The notes under the pieces are model-generated. The model ran no database searches. It saw only the letters and a list, made by a program, of their open reading frames with translations, and had not been told where the DNA came from. This document shows positions 25,055 through 45,175 of a stretch of 64,000 bases of DNA, piece after piece (position 1 is the first letter of the stretch; each line of letters begins with the position of its first letter). The DNA is taken from the NCBI GenBank assembly GCA_050084515.1, contig CM114271.1:5208001-5272000 (forward strand), written 5' to 3'. The stretch comes from Blasia pusilla (taxonomy: Eukaryota). The position numbers and the translations under genes were made by a program.

Positions 25055-26060
25055 CTGTAACGTTAGCGAGATTTGCCCAAGCATCTGGCGGAAGGGAATC
25101 GAACTCCATTCCAAGAAGGGGTCCGTCCGTTCGAATAGATCCTCCCAACTGCACTTCCACAGCAGCGATGGCAGCAAGTTCAAGCTCTTTCGCGTCAACC
25201 TTCGCTCTGGGAGCCACGGGCATGGGTCTCTTATAGCCCCGATCCTTTCGGCTGACCAGACTTCCTCTTTTCAAGGAAGCCTTGAAGCCATTCATGTGCA
25301 GATCTTCCGCTTCGCCGAGCTCACTATTTTCCGACTCACTGTCCGTCCTCTCAGTCCGTCTCTCGAAGTTGTGGTGCCCATTGCTATTTTCACCTCCTGG
25401 CGAAAAGTTGGATTGATATGCTCCGTTGGGTATAATCTCCTCCTTTCCGTTTAAAGGCCCTCCCACCCTCTTTCCACTGTTCAATTCCTCCATGAAGTCC
25501 AAATGTGCTTCGCCTCCTTTGTGTCGCATTGCGTAAAATGTCAATTTCACGTCCTCTACGCCATCTTTCCTGTCTTTGTGACGTCGATGCGTGAACCAGA
25601 TCTGCATCTGCTTTTCCGATAAGCCGAGTTGCGCGCTTAGCTTAGCCCGGACTTCCTCAGAAGGATACTTATTTTCTGTGTAAGAAAAGATGGTAATCAG
25701 GAGTCAGCGAAGCCAGCGGCAATCGTAGTAATTGAAGAAGAAATACGACAGAAAATAGAATACGCAGTGCAGAAACCCAGCCACCGGATTGGTCACAACA
25801 AGTAAACCAAAAATCCTGGATCCGATAGGACTAAAAGATTTCATTCACAAAAACCCTCGCGCGACTTGCTTCTAGTAGGGGCTAAGCTTACGTCGTTCCG
25901 ATAGCGAACAACGATGTCCTTCATTTCAGTTCAACTTACCCGCGTACAAACGCTCCAAGAATTCAATCTGAGCAGCACTCTTCTTCCGTCTAGAGGTAGT
26001 CTTCCGCTGAACAGGACTTCCTCCATCCTCATCCATCGAATGCACCTCCATTTGGGACAT
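25055..26060 (-). CDS. Homeobox protein of the RINGLET/RLT (HB-DDT-related) type; exon 1 26060-25940, exon 2 25675-25055; downstream exons unresolved (candidate exon ~24439-24308)
   Basis: ATG in GCCACCATG context. A GT-AG intron joins RRKKSAAQIEFLERLYA|ENKYPSEEVRAKLSAQLGLSEKQMQIWFTHRRHKDRK (homeodomain). The RLT-family motif AIAAVEVQLGGSIRTDGPLLGMEFDSLPPDAW follows, and exon 2 ends at an AG|GTATGT donor. Confidence 0.85.
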
Positions 26061-29000
26061 GGTGGCGTTCGGACGGCAGACGATACGCTCAAAAAATAGC
26101 TCTAGAAGGACGACACGCACGAAACTTCTACGAGTAAGATTGAAGTACAAAGTATGTCACTTTCAACTTTGAGGTCTCTAGGATTCATCGAATGATATGA
26201 CGAAGCGCTACAGGGAAAGAAAAGACAGTAAATGTATGCCACTTAGGTCAGGACGCCCTCAAACGGACTACACATGACTCTCACACGATTAACAATTCAC
26301 ATCTTCCAAACCGCTGAAGAGTCCGACAAACAGAAGATCTACTCTCCGGACATCTGATTGATTCATTGGCGTCGTCACAGCGTTTGCACAATCAACACTA
26401 ATCGTGAGGTGAGGTGAGACAGGAATCCTCCGGTGGAACTCACCAGTAACCCAAAGCCAACTTCAACTCAACTACGGAAGGCGACGGGCTCCGCCACAGC
26501 GATTGCCGAACCAGCGAGGTTGGACGATGTAACCACACGCGACAGAGCGAGAAACGGTGTGCCTCACGGAGGTGGAAAGGCAGGGAGAAAAGAAGATGAC
26601 GAGAAGAAAAGCTGCGTGCATAAGCTGTGAAGGAGAAATAAGTGGACAACAAGAGGCAAGGAAGACGGATGACCAACGCAAGGCGAAGTAAGGCAAGGCT
26701 AGGGCTGCAGAGGAGGCATAAGTATGAGCGTGGACAACTCGACGAAGGAGGACCAGATGAAGAAAGAACTGTATCATGGCAGTAGTAGTTGCACCATGAG
26801 CAAGAGGAGAAACAGGAGAAGATAGGCCAAGGTGGCAGGGCGGGCAGAGGAAGGACGGGCATGGCTGCCAATGAGCGAAGCGCTCGCATCTCTGCATGCG
26901 GTGCTTGCTCCTCTTCCTCCTCCTTCCACTCTTTCTTAACTTTAACTCTCCCTCTCTCGCGCACGTGTGACATTCCCCTCCCGCTTTGGCAAAGATCGGT
27001 TCTGTTTCCTCGAGTTCCATTTGACCGACTGCTTTCCACCCAAACCACGCCGGCCACCCCATCCCATCCCGCCTCTAATCTATGTCTATCCCTATCCGCT
27101 GCCTGCCTGACTCACACTCCCTCTCTCTATGCGTCTCCTGTGTTCATGCCATGCTGCGGCAGTAGCGAAGTGTGCACTCAGGAACGTTTCTCACGGTGTA
27201 CTCCAAAGAACTACGCTCACTTCTCTCGACCTTTCCCTTCCGCTTTTCCATTTCCTCCCTCCTGTACCTACGGTCGTTCGCCAGTCCCTCGCTCTCAACG
27301 CAGTAGCTCCCCACGTTCTACGACGCATACCCCATCCCCATACCTACGCGAACAATACGGAGAATCAATCCCTCTCACCTGCGAGCGACCCGATCCCATC
27401 CGACCTCCTCCGCTCTCACCGACGACCGCCTTGCGACCAGGGACGCGGAGAAAAGTCGAACCAGCCCGCGCTCCCCTTTGGCTGCGAAAGAAAGGACACC
27501 GGGCAACGGGCAGCCCCACCAAAAAAAGCTCCGTAACGTATGCGCAGGAAGGAAGGACGCCAGCCTTTCAAATCGCTTCAAGTTTTGCGTGCGGATCAAT
27601 TTATTTTTTCGCCTTGTTCAACGGTACCCTAGAGTTACTGACTACTGACCATCTTCCTCCCTCCCGCGGATATAGAGGGAGGAGGAGAGGAAGATGTGTC
27701 TTGAGGGATGCGTAACGTAACCCCTACCTCTCTCTTTCCACTCACCAGTGGAAAGAGAGAGGTAGGGGTGGTTTGAACTTTGAGCGGGGGCGGGGGGGAG
27801 TGGGATGTGTGTCTGTTCCCAGGACAGAGTGATAATTGCGAGCGGGCGGCCATGCACCGCGGCCGGAGATGCACCACTGCGCGGTTAGGGCCCCGCTAAA
27901 GATAGAGAGCTTGGCTACGGTCAGGAGGAGGAGGAGACGAGACGGACCGGAAAGGGAAGGGAAGGCCCACGAATTAGAGTGTAATCTAGTTCAGAGGGAT
28001 TCGTTTAGTGTGATAACCGCCAGTTTTATTGGTCTACTGTGTACGCTTGCATTGTAATAATCTGCGCTCTTTAACCGGAAGGATTCTCTGAATCATCGAC
28101 AGTCTCAGAAGAATCGCTGGCTGTCCACCAATAGACGACGGCCTAGACAATCTGACCGACGATTATCCAGATGAGCCTCCCTCCGTTTTGCCGTGATCCA
28201 TGGCTGGGCCCTCGCAACACTTGTATTGAGGAGTTCCGAAGCAAAGAGTACATTCTCTTTCTTTCTTTCTCTCACGCTCGCACAAGGAAATCACGTCCAC
28301 AAATGGTGGTAGACCACTGCACGAATGTTAGCCTGGCCGGGAAGGGAACAAGGCCGAGGCCACCCGACCCGAACCGAGAGGACCAGAAGAGCCAAGGTAG
28401 GCAATAGGTACAGGGAGAAAGAGGGAGTAAATTTGGAGATGACTGACTGACTGGTTGGCTGGCAGGCAGGCAGGCAGGCAGGCCAATCCATGGGAAAGAG
28501 GTGAAGGTGGTTGGAGGAGGAGAGGAGAACCGATCTCACAGGGAATTGTGTGAAGGGTTCTTGGGGATTTGTGTATGGCACAACGTACAGCCCAGCGGTA
28601 GCGGGCATATCTTGATGGGGTGCCAGACAACTCGGGAAGAAATCTCCGGAGCGGATTCCAGTTAATGACCTATTGATGACTAAAGCGAGAGAATGCGTCT
28701 GTGGCTCGAGGCAACCTAAGACTTCTTGGACCTTGCCTTGGGGCCCTCATCAGTAGTCACTTGCACGAGACCCTGTTGATGCAAACAAGATCGACTTGCC
28801 ACACACTGCGATCGCATGGAGTAGGTGGGAAATTATGACTCCACCTTACGACTACGCCTACTAGTGTCCACACTACTCTGCCTCCCTCTCATCGCTCTCA
28901 TCCTGTTCGTCGCTTCACTGAGTGTCTGTCGCGAGACTGTTTTCCAGGTCTGACCTTCCAGAAGAACGACCGTGTTGCATGGCCTGGCATGAAAGGTGTT

Positions 29001-32000
29001 AGCAATAGTGGACAAAGCCAACCGGTAACACACACCGTAAATGAACAAGTCAAAGACGGAGTTGCCACATTGCAGGTAGATTCAAGCCATGCCTAGCTGA
29101 TTAGTTAGACGAGATGATGTGTTGGCGCGCGGGAGGAAGCGTTTGCTTGAGGCTGCAGGACGGATGAGACATTTTTCTTTCTTCTCTCGGTAAGGTGAGA
29201 CGGTGGTACATGCACCGCATACTCATCAAACGGATAACCCACCTCGCGTGTGCGTCTGTTAACATAAAGGGCGAAGCGGGCTTAGGGAGGGGTGTCTCCT
29301 GTTCTATCAAAAGCACATAGCAAAGGTGGATTGACAGGCAAGGGCGTAAATGAACTGTTGTTGGAGGCCCAACCTCGTTCGGTGAATCCAGGTCCAAACA
29401 AAGCCCTTTCCGGTTTCCAGTTTAGAAGACACTAATCTATTGAAAGTAGGGAAAAAAAATTTCTCCAGGATGCGCAGAGAGCGCACCGATGCTAGTCAAT
29501 AAGTGAGTGACTGTTTGGCTTTGTCTGTGTCTCTCTGTCTAGAAGCCTTAGCTCCATGAAGAAGAAAGGCTGGCCGGCGCAGGAGGATGTGACATCTTTC
29601 GTGGGTAGCTGAGCTGGTGTGCACAGGAATCTCTGACCGTGGCCCGATGGCTTGTTCCGGTACCAAGCTTGGGTCCCATGGACCGGCTCTGGACGGCTTC
29701 CTGGTTGCGCGGTGTATGGGCCACGTCTCCTGGTGCATTACGGTTGCTCGGAGAGAGAAGCTAACCTGCCTCGTGGAATCTGTAAATAGATCTGCATGAT
29801 GAGGGATGGGCATCGTGTGGCGGAGCAATGTGATCTTGATGGCGCGAGCTTCTTCCTTTATCCGTCTTTCTAAGAGTTTGTTATCTTCATTTCTTTACAA
29901 CACCGTCGCGCTCAGCGCAAGGCGACCTCGAGGTGCCGTATGCGGCGAATATCCCATCCCGAGAACACAGTCGGAGCTAACACCTAGCTCGCCTCCCAAG
30001 TTTCTCAAGATTCCGCCCGAAGATCTTCGAAAAAGTCGTGGACAGAGATTACTCTGCGTTCGGCTCCACACACCTCCGGGTGACACAGTCCGACATATCC
30101 AGAGGTGGATCGCTTACTGTCGATGCTTTCTCCACCTCGTATCGGTGCCTGGACGACAGGAAGCAAGTAGCACCATTCTACAGTGCAGTGTCTGCAGTGA
30201 CTTCCTTGCAGGACCTTGTGACCGCGCTTACCTACAATGTCCGCACACTGGACAACCACGGGCTTGTTAGCTTCATCGCTAGAGTTCCGCGGGTCGTGAA
30301 CGTGGCGTGAGAAACCGCGAAGCTCCCCTCCCGCCTGTAGGATCCTATTGGAGGAGAGAGCTTTCTCGCAAATCGAACCGCGGTTACGACCAAATGGCAC
30401 CGAACGGATGCGAAGTCCTGTCAACATGAATGCAGTTTGTCAGGAGTGCTAGACAATTTGACTACCGAGATTCTTGAATCGGGCATCTCACCTTCAGGCC
30501 GGTTGTCAATCTAGACCTTTGCAACCTACTGGCACTTTCATAGATGCTTCCCAGACGGTCATGCCAACATTTCTACCGCATTACCGGCTCGCGAGAGCGC
30601 TATTCACGCCTGTGGCACCCTTACACTTCTACCGTGCACTACTGGCTGTGGCCTCCCGGCCGGCCAACCAGCAACCAGGACTTTGCGTCCTGCCTCCTTA
30701 TCTTCCGTAGGCATAGCCCGCTCCGTGGCTGCGCGTTGCGTACAATGTAAGGTCGAAGTTCTACAGTAATGGAGCGTAACCAGTAGTGTCATTATGTTAT
30801 GATCCCCCATTGATTTCGCTTAGACATTTACGACGATGACGTACTCGCACACTTGTGCTCCTGTGCTAAAACCCGCTCCTGCTTTCTTTGTTGCAATTCG
30901 CAGGCCATGCAGATACATACGAATCGTGTCGATTTTATTTAGGCCTACTCACAAGTAGCTCTGCCGCACAGACCTGACGTCGTCCAATCACTCGTCCCAG
31001 TGTATTTTGACCTCTCACACAAACTTGAATGTATGTAGGTCCAAGCAACTTTAACAGAAATAGAGACGTCTGCGACAGGCAAGCGTTAACGACTACAGGG
31101 TTCACTCCTGCGCGCATGGATCCATTCTTCCACAGTCGACGCGCATTCATCCATTCATTCTTCCACAGTCGACTCTCATGATTGGCCAGTATAGCAATAC
31201 CGTGTTATTTGTATCATTTGCTAAACAATTGTAGGAAACTTGCTCTCCGGCGCTCTGGACGATGTTATACACAAGCTCGCTCGCCCTATTAGCACTCTGT
31301 ACATCCCTAAAGCGAGCTACGTGCGTATACGGCCAAATATGTATCCGCAGCATTGAACACAACCCCGATAGACCAGGGCTCGAAATTCCAGCGTGTCCAA
31401 CCGTCCAACAACTTTCAAATTCGGATCTGCGAAGAAAATTACTTTCATCCGAGAAAAAAAATAAGCAGCAGTGCAGTCGTAATCTGCGCCTCCAGATCTT
31501 CTCAACCTTGGGAAAAAGACGGATAGCAACTTACCAACGTGAGATCTGCCCTACGTGAGAGCTGCATTCCCATTCATAGCTTCGCGCCAGATGACCATCA
31601 TGTGCGGAAAGCAGTGGCTCAAAGACCCGGAGACTCTACATGGAAGCAGATTGCTCAACCTTATCACTCCAACGGGACACATCGTGCATCGCTCCCCAAC
31701 GCTTTACGGCGAGTTGTAACCTATCTTCGACCCCTCGCATCCAAATATCCCTTCCGTGTGAAGGACGTAGATCCAAGTCCTCCACGAAAACACAACTCCC
31801 TCGTTCTTTCAACCGGCCCGATGAAATGTCATCATTCTTCAATACCAAATCCAGATCGGGTAATCGCCACCGTAAGGCCCCCCTACTCACGCCTAACCCG
31901 CCACTATTAAAGTAAGCCACTAGGCTCTTTACTTTCCATGCTGCAGACGGGATCAGCGTGACTGTCAACGAAAGTACTGCAGATGAGAGAGGGTTACCGT

Positions 32001-35000
32001 ACGCCAAGCGCCTGTGATTAATAATGCGGGCGGCTATTACGGGTTCACTTCTTTCAAATCCAGCAATTTTACTAAAACCACTGAAAAGTTGTGCCACTCC
32101 CAATGAACCGAAAATTTCCAAACCGATCTGTGGACGGAGGGCGCTTCGTTCGTGCAGCAGCAGATGCGTGCATGATCCATCTGCTGTCTGCACACGATCC
32201 GTAAAAGCTGCAACGAGAAAGAAAGTCCATGAATTCCCCCTGGACCAGTACTTCTCGTCTTCACTGCAGCCTCGCAGTCCATTCTCATAACTCGAAGAAC
32301 GACTTACTGGACGCAGAAAGCATGAGAAAGGAGAAAAGAGATAAGGAGAATAAAGACTACTCGCGCCATTTGGGAACGTTCTTCGCATGCGACTCTAGAA
32401 ACTGCTGCACGGGAGTTTACACGCCTTTTCCTACCGATTTCGAGCTGTTACCCCACCGAGCGGTTCCCGACTCGTCGTCACGAGCGCTTACCCACTCCGC
32501 AATCAATCGCTGCAAGGAGAATTTCGGATACATATGCAGTTGATCTTTCTGATCACAGCAGAGCAAGGCTGCCATGTGGTCTCCTGCTAATGACGGGATC
32601 AAAATTGTTGAAAGGAGTGAGTTGCAAATTTGGAAATACCTTCTTTGCCGATCTTGTGTCTTCTAATGGCCAAAACCTAGAGCTTTCATGTGCCTTTCAG
32701 CATGTGATTCTACTCATTGAGATTTGTGTTAATTTCCAAGCGTTGCCTTGTATGCAAGCAAAGGAGACCATATAGGGGTATCCTAGTTGAAGGATTTTAT
32801 GTGCGCGCATTAGAGAATACTAGTGCATCTCGATCAATCATGAATCCTAGTTCCAAGATGTGTACCGATTCATAAATTTAGATTTATAGAATTTAAGAGT
32901 ATGTTATGTTTATTTTATTATGAAAAAAAATTTCAAAATCGGATAAAAAAACAAATAATATCTTAAGAATACTTTTTTCTTATTTTTAAAAAACTTCAAA
33001 CGAGGATAAGGACTTCAAACTTCATAAGGACATCCCAATAACTTAGAACATCTAGAATTCTCAAAATACTTTATTCATATCTAGATCTAACATATTATCA
33101 TTCATATGTACTACCTCCTCACCTAAAAGCCATAGATCGAGGTCTACTACTAATAATGCCCATATGAGATTGCGTAGATATCCTCTATGTTATCATATCT
33201 ATCTTCTCTGTTATTTACATGATCATAGTTACAGCCCCTACTACAAATGTCTGCAACTCGCTCTAGCATCTCGTAACGGTATCGTATGGTAAAATCAGTC
33301 AGTGTGTAAATTCTTTCCTCATTAAGTGTTAGATAGAGTTTTATTATTATTATGTAAATTAGCCTAGGAAAAGGAAATTTTCATGTTTAAACCTCTTTAT
33401 GGTGTTTCTTTTATACGGGCCCAACTTTAGGAAAAGAGGTAATAAATAAAAGATGATTTTATAAAAGCAAAAGTAGTCTTGGTTGGTGGCTAGGTTAGTT
33501 GGGGTAATTTGGAAAATATCAAGTGGGTAAAAGAGAATATTTTGGAAGAAATAAGAGGAAATCTACTTGTGTCAAAATATGATTGGCTAAGCCTTGAGAG
33601 ATAGTCATGTGGCACAAGATAAGATTAGCTTTATTTCGTACTCTTGTGGATCCCTTGTGAGTATATAAAGAGGAGGGACCTTCAAGGATTCATCACTTTC
33701 TATTTCATATCTTGAGTCTTTCGTGTCACTCTTGAGTGTATGGCTTTGGGATTGCTTGCTCTTCCAATGAGAGTGGATCACCCCTCTTGGGAGAGTAACT
33801 TGACCATGGTCTATTCTTCGAGAGGTTTCTAGAGTGTAGTGTGTGTGTGTGCGTGGAGATGAGAGGCTTGTCATCTTAGAGGAGTTTAGTCATACTAAAA
33901 TAATGAATGTTTTGGCTTGTTATTTTCCCAATGAGAGTGGATTACCCCCCTTGGGAGAGTAATTCCGCCAAAGCCCATTCTTGAGGAGAGTAGAGAATGT
34001 CTGTCAAGCACGAATAGGGGTGGAACACGAGTTGTGCCCGACTTTCCTTTCCTCAATCCTTACCGTGTCAAGATACTCTTTGTAGATAGGCACTGGTTCA
34101 CTCGTTATTTAGTTTATCACTTTGGAGAGGCGTTCATGAATCGGGTCATGCAATCTCCAACTCCGGTGATTCTTCCTATTGTCACATATGGAAGGACATG
34201 GGATTGTAATTTGTATGTCCTTATATAGCGATCTATGGACGTCAATAGGCCTGCACAAGTAGGGTTTAACACTAGTTGTGCTATCTTCCTAGTGTACAAG
34301 CTTAAAGTAGTTTATAGGGATTTTATAGTTAGGAATTTTGGGGTCAGATGCTACCAAGAAGTGATCGCCTCGGCACTTCCATTTGTGATATGTGTCGTGA
34401 GAGAATGGAGAGTATACATACTAATTTTGTATTGAAAAAGGAGAACTTCTTAGAGAGTTAACCTTGCATCAACCACGTCTGCCGTAGCTAGAAGGTCCAC
34501 CCTTACTCGAAGAAAGGCTCTCGACACGACAACGGCACGTCGTCCCCAAACGTAGAGGAGAATGGGGATATTTTTGTATGTGTCCCAATTTGGCCGTTAG
34601 ATTGAACATGTTACTTGGGTGAGCCTTGGGATTCTAACTCCCACCCTACAAGGTTGTGTACGAGAGAGTTCACCGCTAGAGTAGTGTTCCACGAAAAGTG
34701 CTTCGTTCGTTCGTTCGATGAGCTATTGGGGTAGGCCTTCCAAACATATCAAATTGAGTGCCATCACGAGCCGAACACTAGGCAACGATAAGGCATTTCC
34801 ATTTTAATCGGAGCGTTTAGTAGCTTATTGGCTAGTCCCCTCATACCTGAGGTATTGCATTGTCTTCTGCTTCATTTTAGGCACAACAATTATCCTCGTC
34901 ATCATGGTGCTAGTCAAATTCGCGTGGCGGACACTAGAGTCGCTGATTTTCATAGCGAGGGGATTAAGGCACTACGATGTTAGTGTACATGGCGGCGAAA

Positions 35001-35834
35001 AGTAAGGTGTTATTTCATTGATTGCTCAAAAAAATTGTTACTGCTCTTCATTACTCCTCTGAAAATACTCATGTTAGTTTCTATCATCGATCTTTTTTAG
35101 TCTCTTACGTTGCCTCTTGCAAAGGTGCCAACGCTTTCTGTTTCATTGTATTGCAAATATGTAATGTAGAGTGGGTAGGCATCTATCAACATCAGCCATA
35201 GAATGTGATAAATAGTGCTAGGATGAATGCACTCTACTCCGCTGCCCCTACTTCCCTCGAGTGTCCCTTTTCTTTGCAAGATCAAGAAAGAGATGTTTAT
35301 CAACGTCAACCTATTGCAGGCCTAGGCTCGGGTACTTAATGTACACAAGATGCCCCTAATTGTGTCAAAAATGATGGCCCAAATATTGCGGACGCTTAAC
35401 CTGTCATGTTATTTACTTGCGCTCAAGAGACCCAAACAATAAGCATTTAATATTTAATGTAATGTACGCGTATGAAAGTGCAATTCATCTCTATTTGCGC
35501 TTCTCAAGATTAGAACGTTCCCCCTCTCTGTAGATTCATAGTGAACGTCATATTGTTTGCTTCCGAGTTGCCCTCACAGCATACACTTGCTTACGTTCGT
35601 GCACCCCTAGGAATTTCTTCATTCGTTTTCATCTATTGGGGCATCAAAATTGCGTGCAACCTGTAATTCAGAAGTTGCATGTATCGAGTATAAGGTCCCA
35701 TTTGTGGTTACAACCACATCCTACTAGAGCCCATAGACTATTGAAACCTCTTGCTGATTATTTTCTCACAACCCATGAGTTAAATATCTTCATATCTTGA
35801 GTTTAACAACTCAAAGTGCCATTTGATTATTGCA

Positions 35835-43355
<7,521 letters not shown>

Positions 43356-44659
43356 AATTGAGTTGTCCTCAGAAGACCAAGGGTAAGACTCCTACATATA
43401 AATTGCAGTATGATATTGAGATAAGCACGAATTTGAAGGAGATTCTTGAGGAGAGGATTTTGGATGCAAAAATAGAATTTTCTTTGAGGGAAGTCTTGGG
43501 GATAGCCAAACGTGACTCTTTTGTGACTCATATCACAAAAGAAGAAGACGAAGAGCTTGGCCAAGTTTTTGTGAAGAGACTTAACTTACAAGAAGAAGAG
43601 GCGAGAGTAGGAGAAGCTTTAACAAAACAAGGTGAAGAAAGGAAAAATGGTGATTACTATTCTCGATTCTATTGGGCGCGTACAATGACGGAGGCCAGAG
43701 TTCGACTTGGCTCTATCCAAGAGTCAATTTTGGTTCTTGTTGATCATGGTTCAGAAATCAACATCATGTCGCGTATACGATAAAGGGATATGGCCAATTG
43801 ATATGGAGCATGGATGGATACTATGTGCAGCTAACAATAAAAAAGGTGAACTCTATGATGCTTGTCCAACTATCAAAACCCGTATCGAAGATGTGTTGAT
43901 TGAGCAAAATTTCTTTGTTTAGAATGGATTTGCTTATCTTATGATTCTTGGGCAACCTAACATCACAACATCTAGAATGGAGACCAAAGTGATTGATGAT
44001 GGGTCTCATTATGCCAGTATTAGAAGTCAGGATGAAATGAGATCACTTCATAATCTTCATTCATTATTGTACGGGTAGGTCATGAAAGGAATAGGGAGAA
44101 AGTTGAGAGATGGTCCTATGAAGGTAGGGAAAGCGTTTTCTGATTTTTAGTTAGTATTCCAATAAAGCGGATTCCAATAGGATGCACAAGAAAGAAAGAG
44201 TCTTCCGCTAGTACACGAGGAAGAATCATACATGTTTAGTGTGGGTTTTCTCAATGTTTTTCTTCGTGGTCTAGTAGATTCCAAGTGATGAAAGAAATCA
44301 ATGAGAAGAAAAGATTATTTATGGAAAAAAGAAGAAGGGTTTGTTAAAATGTAAGGTTTTATTAGAAGAAGAGTTTAATAGTGGGATGTATGAAGAAGAA
44401 GGTTTTGGAGAGTCTTGAGGAGGTGTTCGCCCAAATCAACAACAATTCGTTGGGTACAAGGGTGATTACAACTCACTCGCGTGAGTTGTATCAAGAAATA
44501 GCAAGATTTATGGAAGGAGAAGATAGATATCGATCTTTGAAAAAAGGGGATTGGCACGAGTTTGAGGCAGAAGAACATCCCATGGAGGCACGAGTGCACA
44601 CCAAGTACAAGACGATGGCTAAGAAGGTGAAACAAATGGCTACTCAACTACTAGAGGGT
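43356..44659 (+). mobile_element. Fragment of an unrelated, older Ty3/Gypsy gag-protease region, interrupted by element D
   Basis: ILDAKIEFSLREVLGIAK, aspartic protease motif LVDHGSEINIMS, and VHTKYKTMAKKVK; degenerate. Confidence 0.7.
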
Positions 44660-45175
44660 TGTCACATTTTTTAGGATAGATCGGTGAGATCTAGTAGATC
44701 GCCTTTGTGAGTAGTGGAGGACACGCTCACAAGGTCGAGGATGACCTTCTGAGGCTCCGGGAAACTTGAGAGAGTAGATTTCCCCTTTGTTTCGGCTCAT
44801 TTGGAGCCATATTGAGGAACTTACTATTTTAAGCAAGTTCTAATTTGAATAGATGATCGACTTTCTATTTTTGGTAAATGGCCCTTGACCTCTTACATCA
44901 GGTCAAGAGCCAAGGAGGTGACTTGGTAGCATAGGTTACCATGGAGAGAGCTTGGGAGAGGGGAGGGGTATACCTCAAGGAGAGAGAGCTTAAGAGCTTA
45001 TTCTCCCTTTGTTGAACCTCTTCGCATAAGGCGGCGGAGCTATGGTCTTGCTTGCCTTGTGTGTATACCCAAGCCTCTTATTAGGAGAGTGAGTTTGGTT
45101 TGACATTGACAGAGACATGTGAGAGTGCACACATGTGAGAACTATGGTGTTGTGAGAGAGATTGCATGTATTTTA
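44660..45175 (+). repeat. Repeat A1 (5' terminal repeat) of element D
   Basis: Homologous over its length to 6100-6613. Not preceded by repeat B. Followed directly by the self-priming PBS (45175-45190). Confidence 0.88.

Noticed and set aside
26440-27877. Long overlapping ORFs (up to 308 aa) on both strands
   Set aside because: Low-complexity GC/CT-rich sequence upstream of the homeobox gene with no recognisable domain; more likely 5' UTR, intron or promoter.
29500-32600. Several 100-250 aa ORFs
   Set aside because: No recognisable domains or consistent exon structure.
33570-34000. Possible solo LTR with a short internal direct repeat (ccaatgagagtggat...ttgggagagtaa)
   Set aside because: No partner LTR, TSD or coding region in the window to support it.
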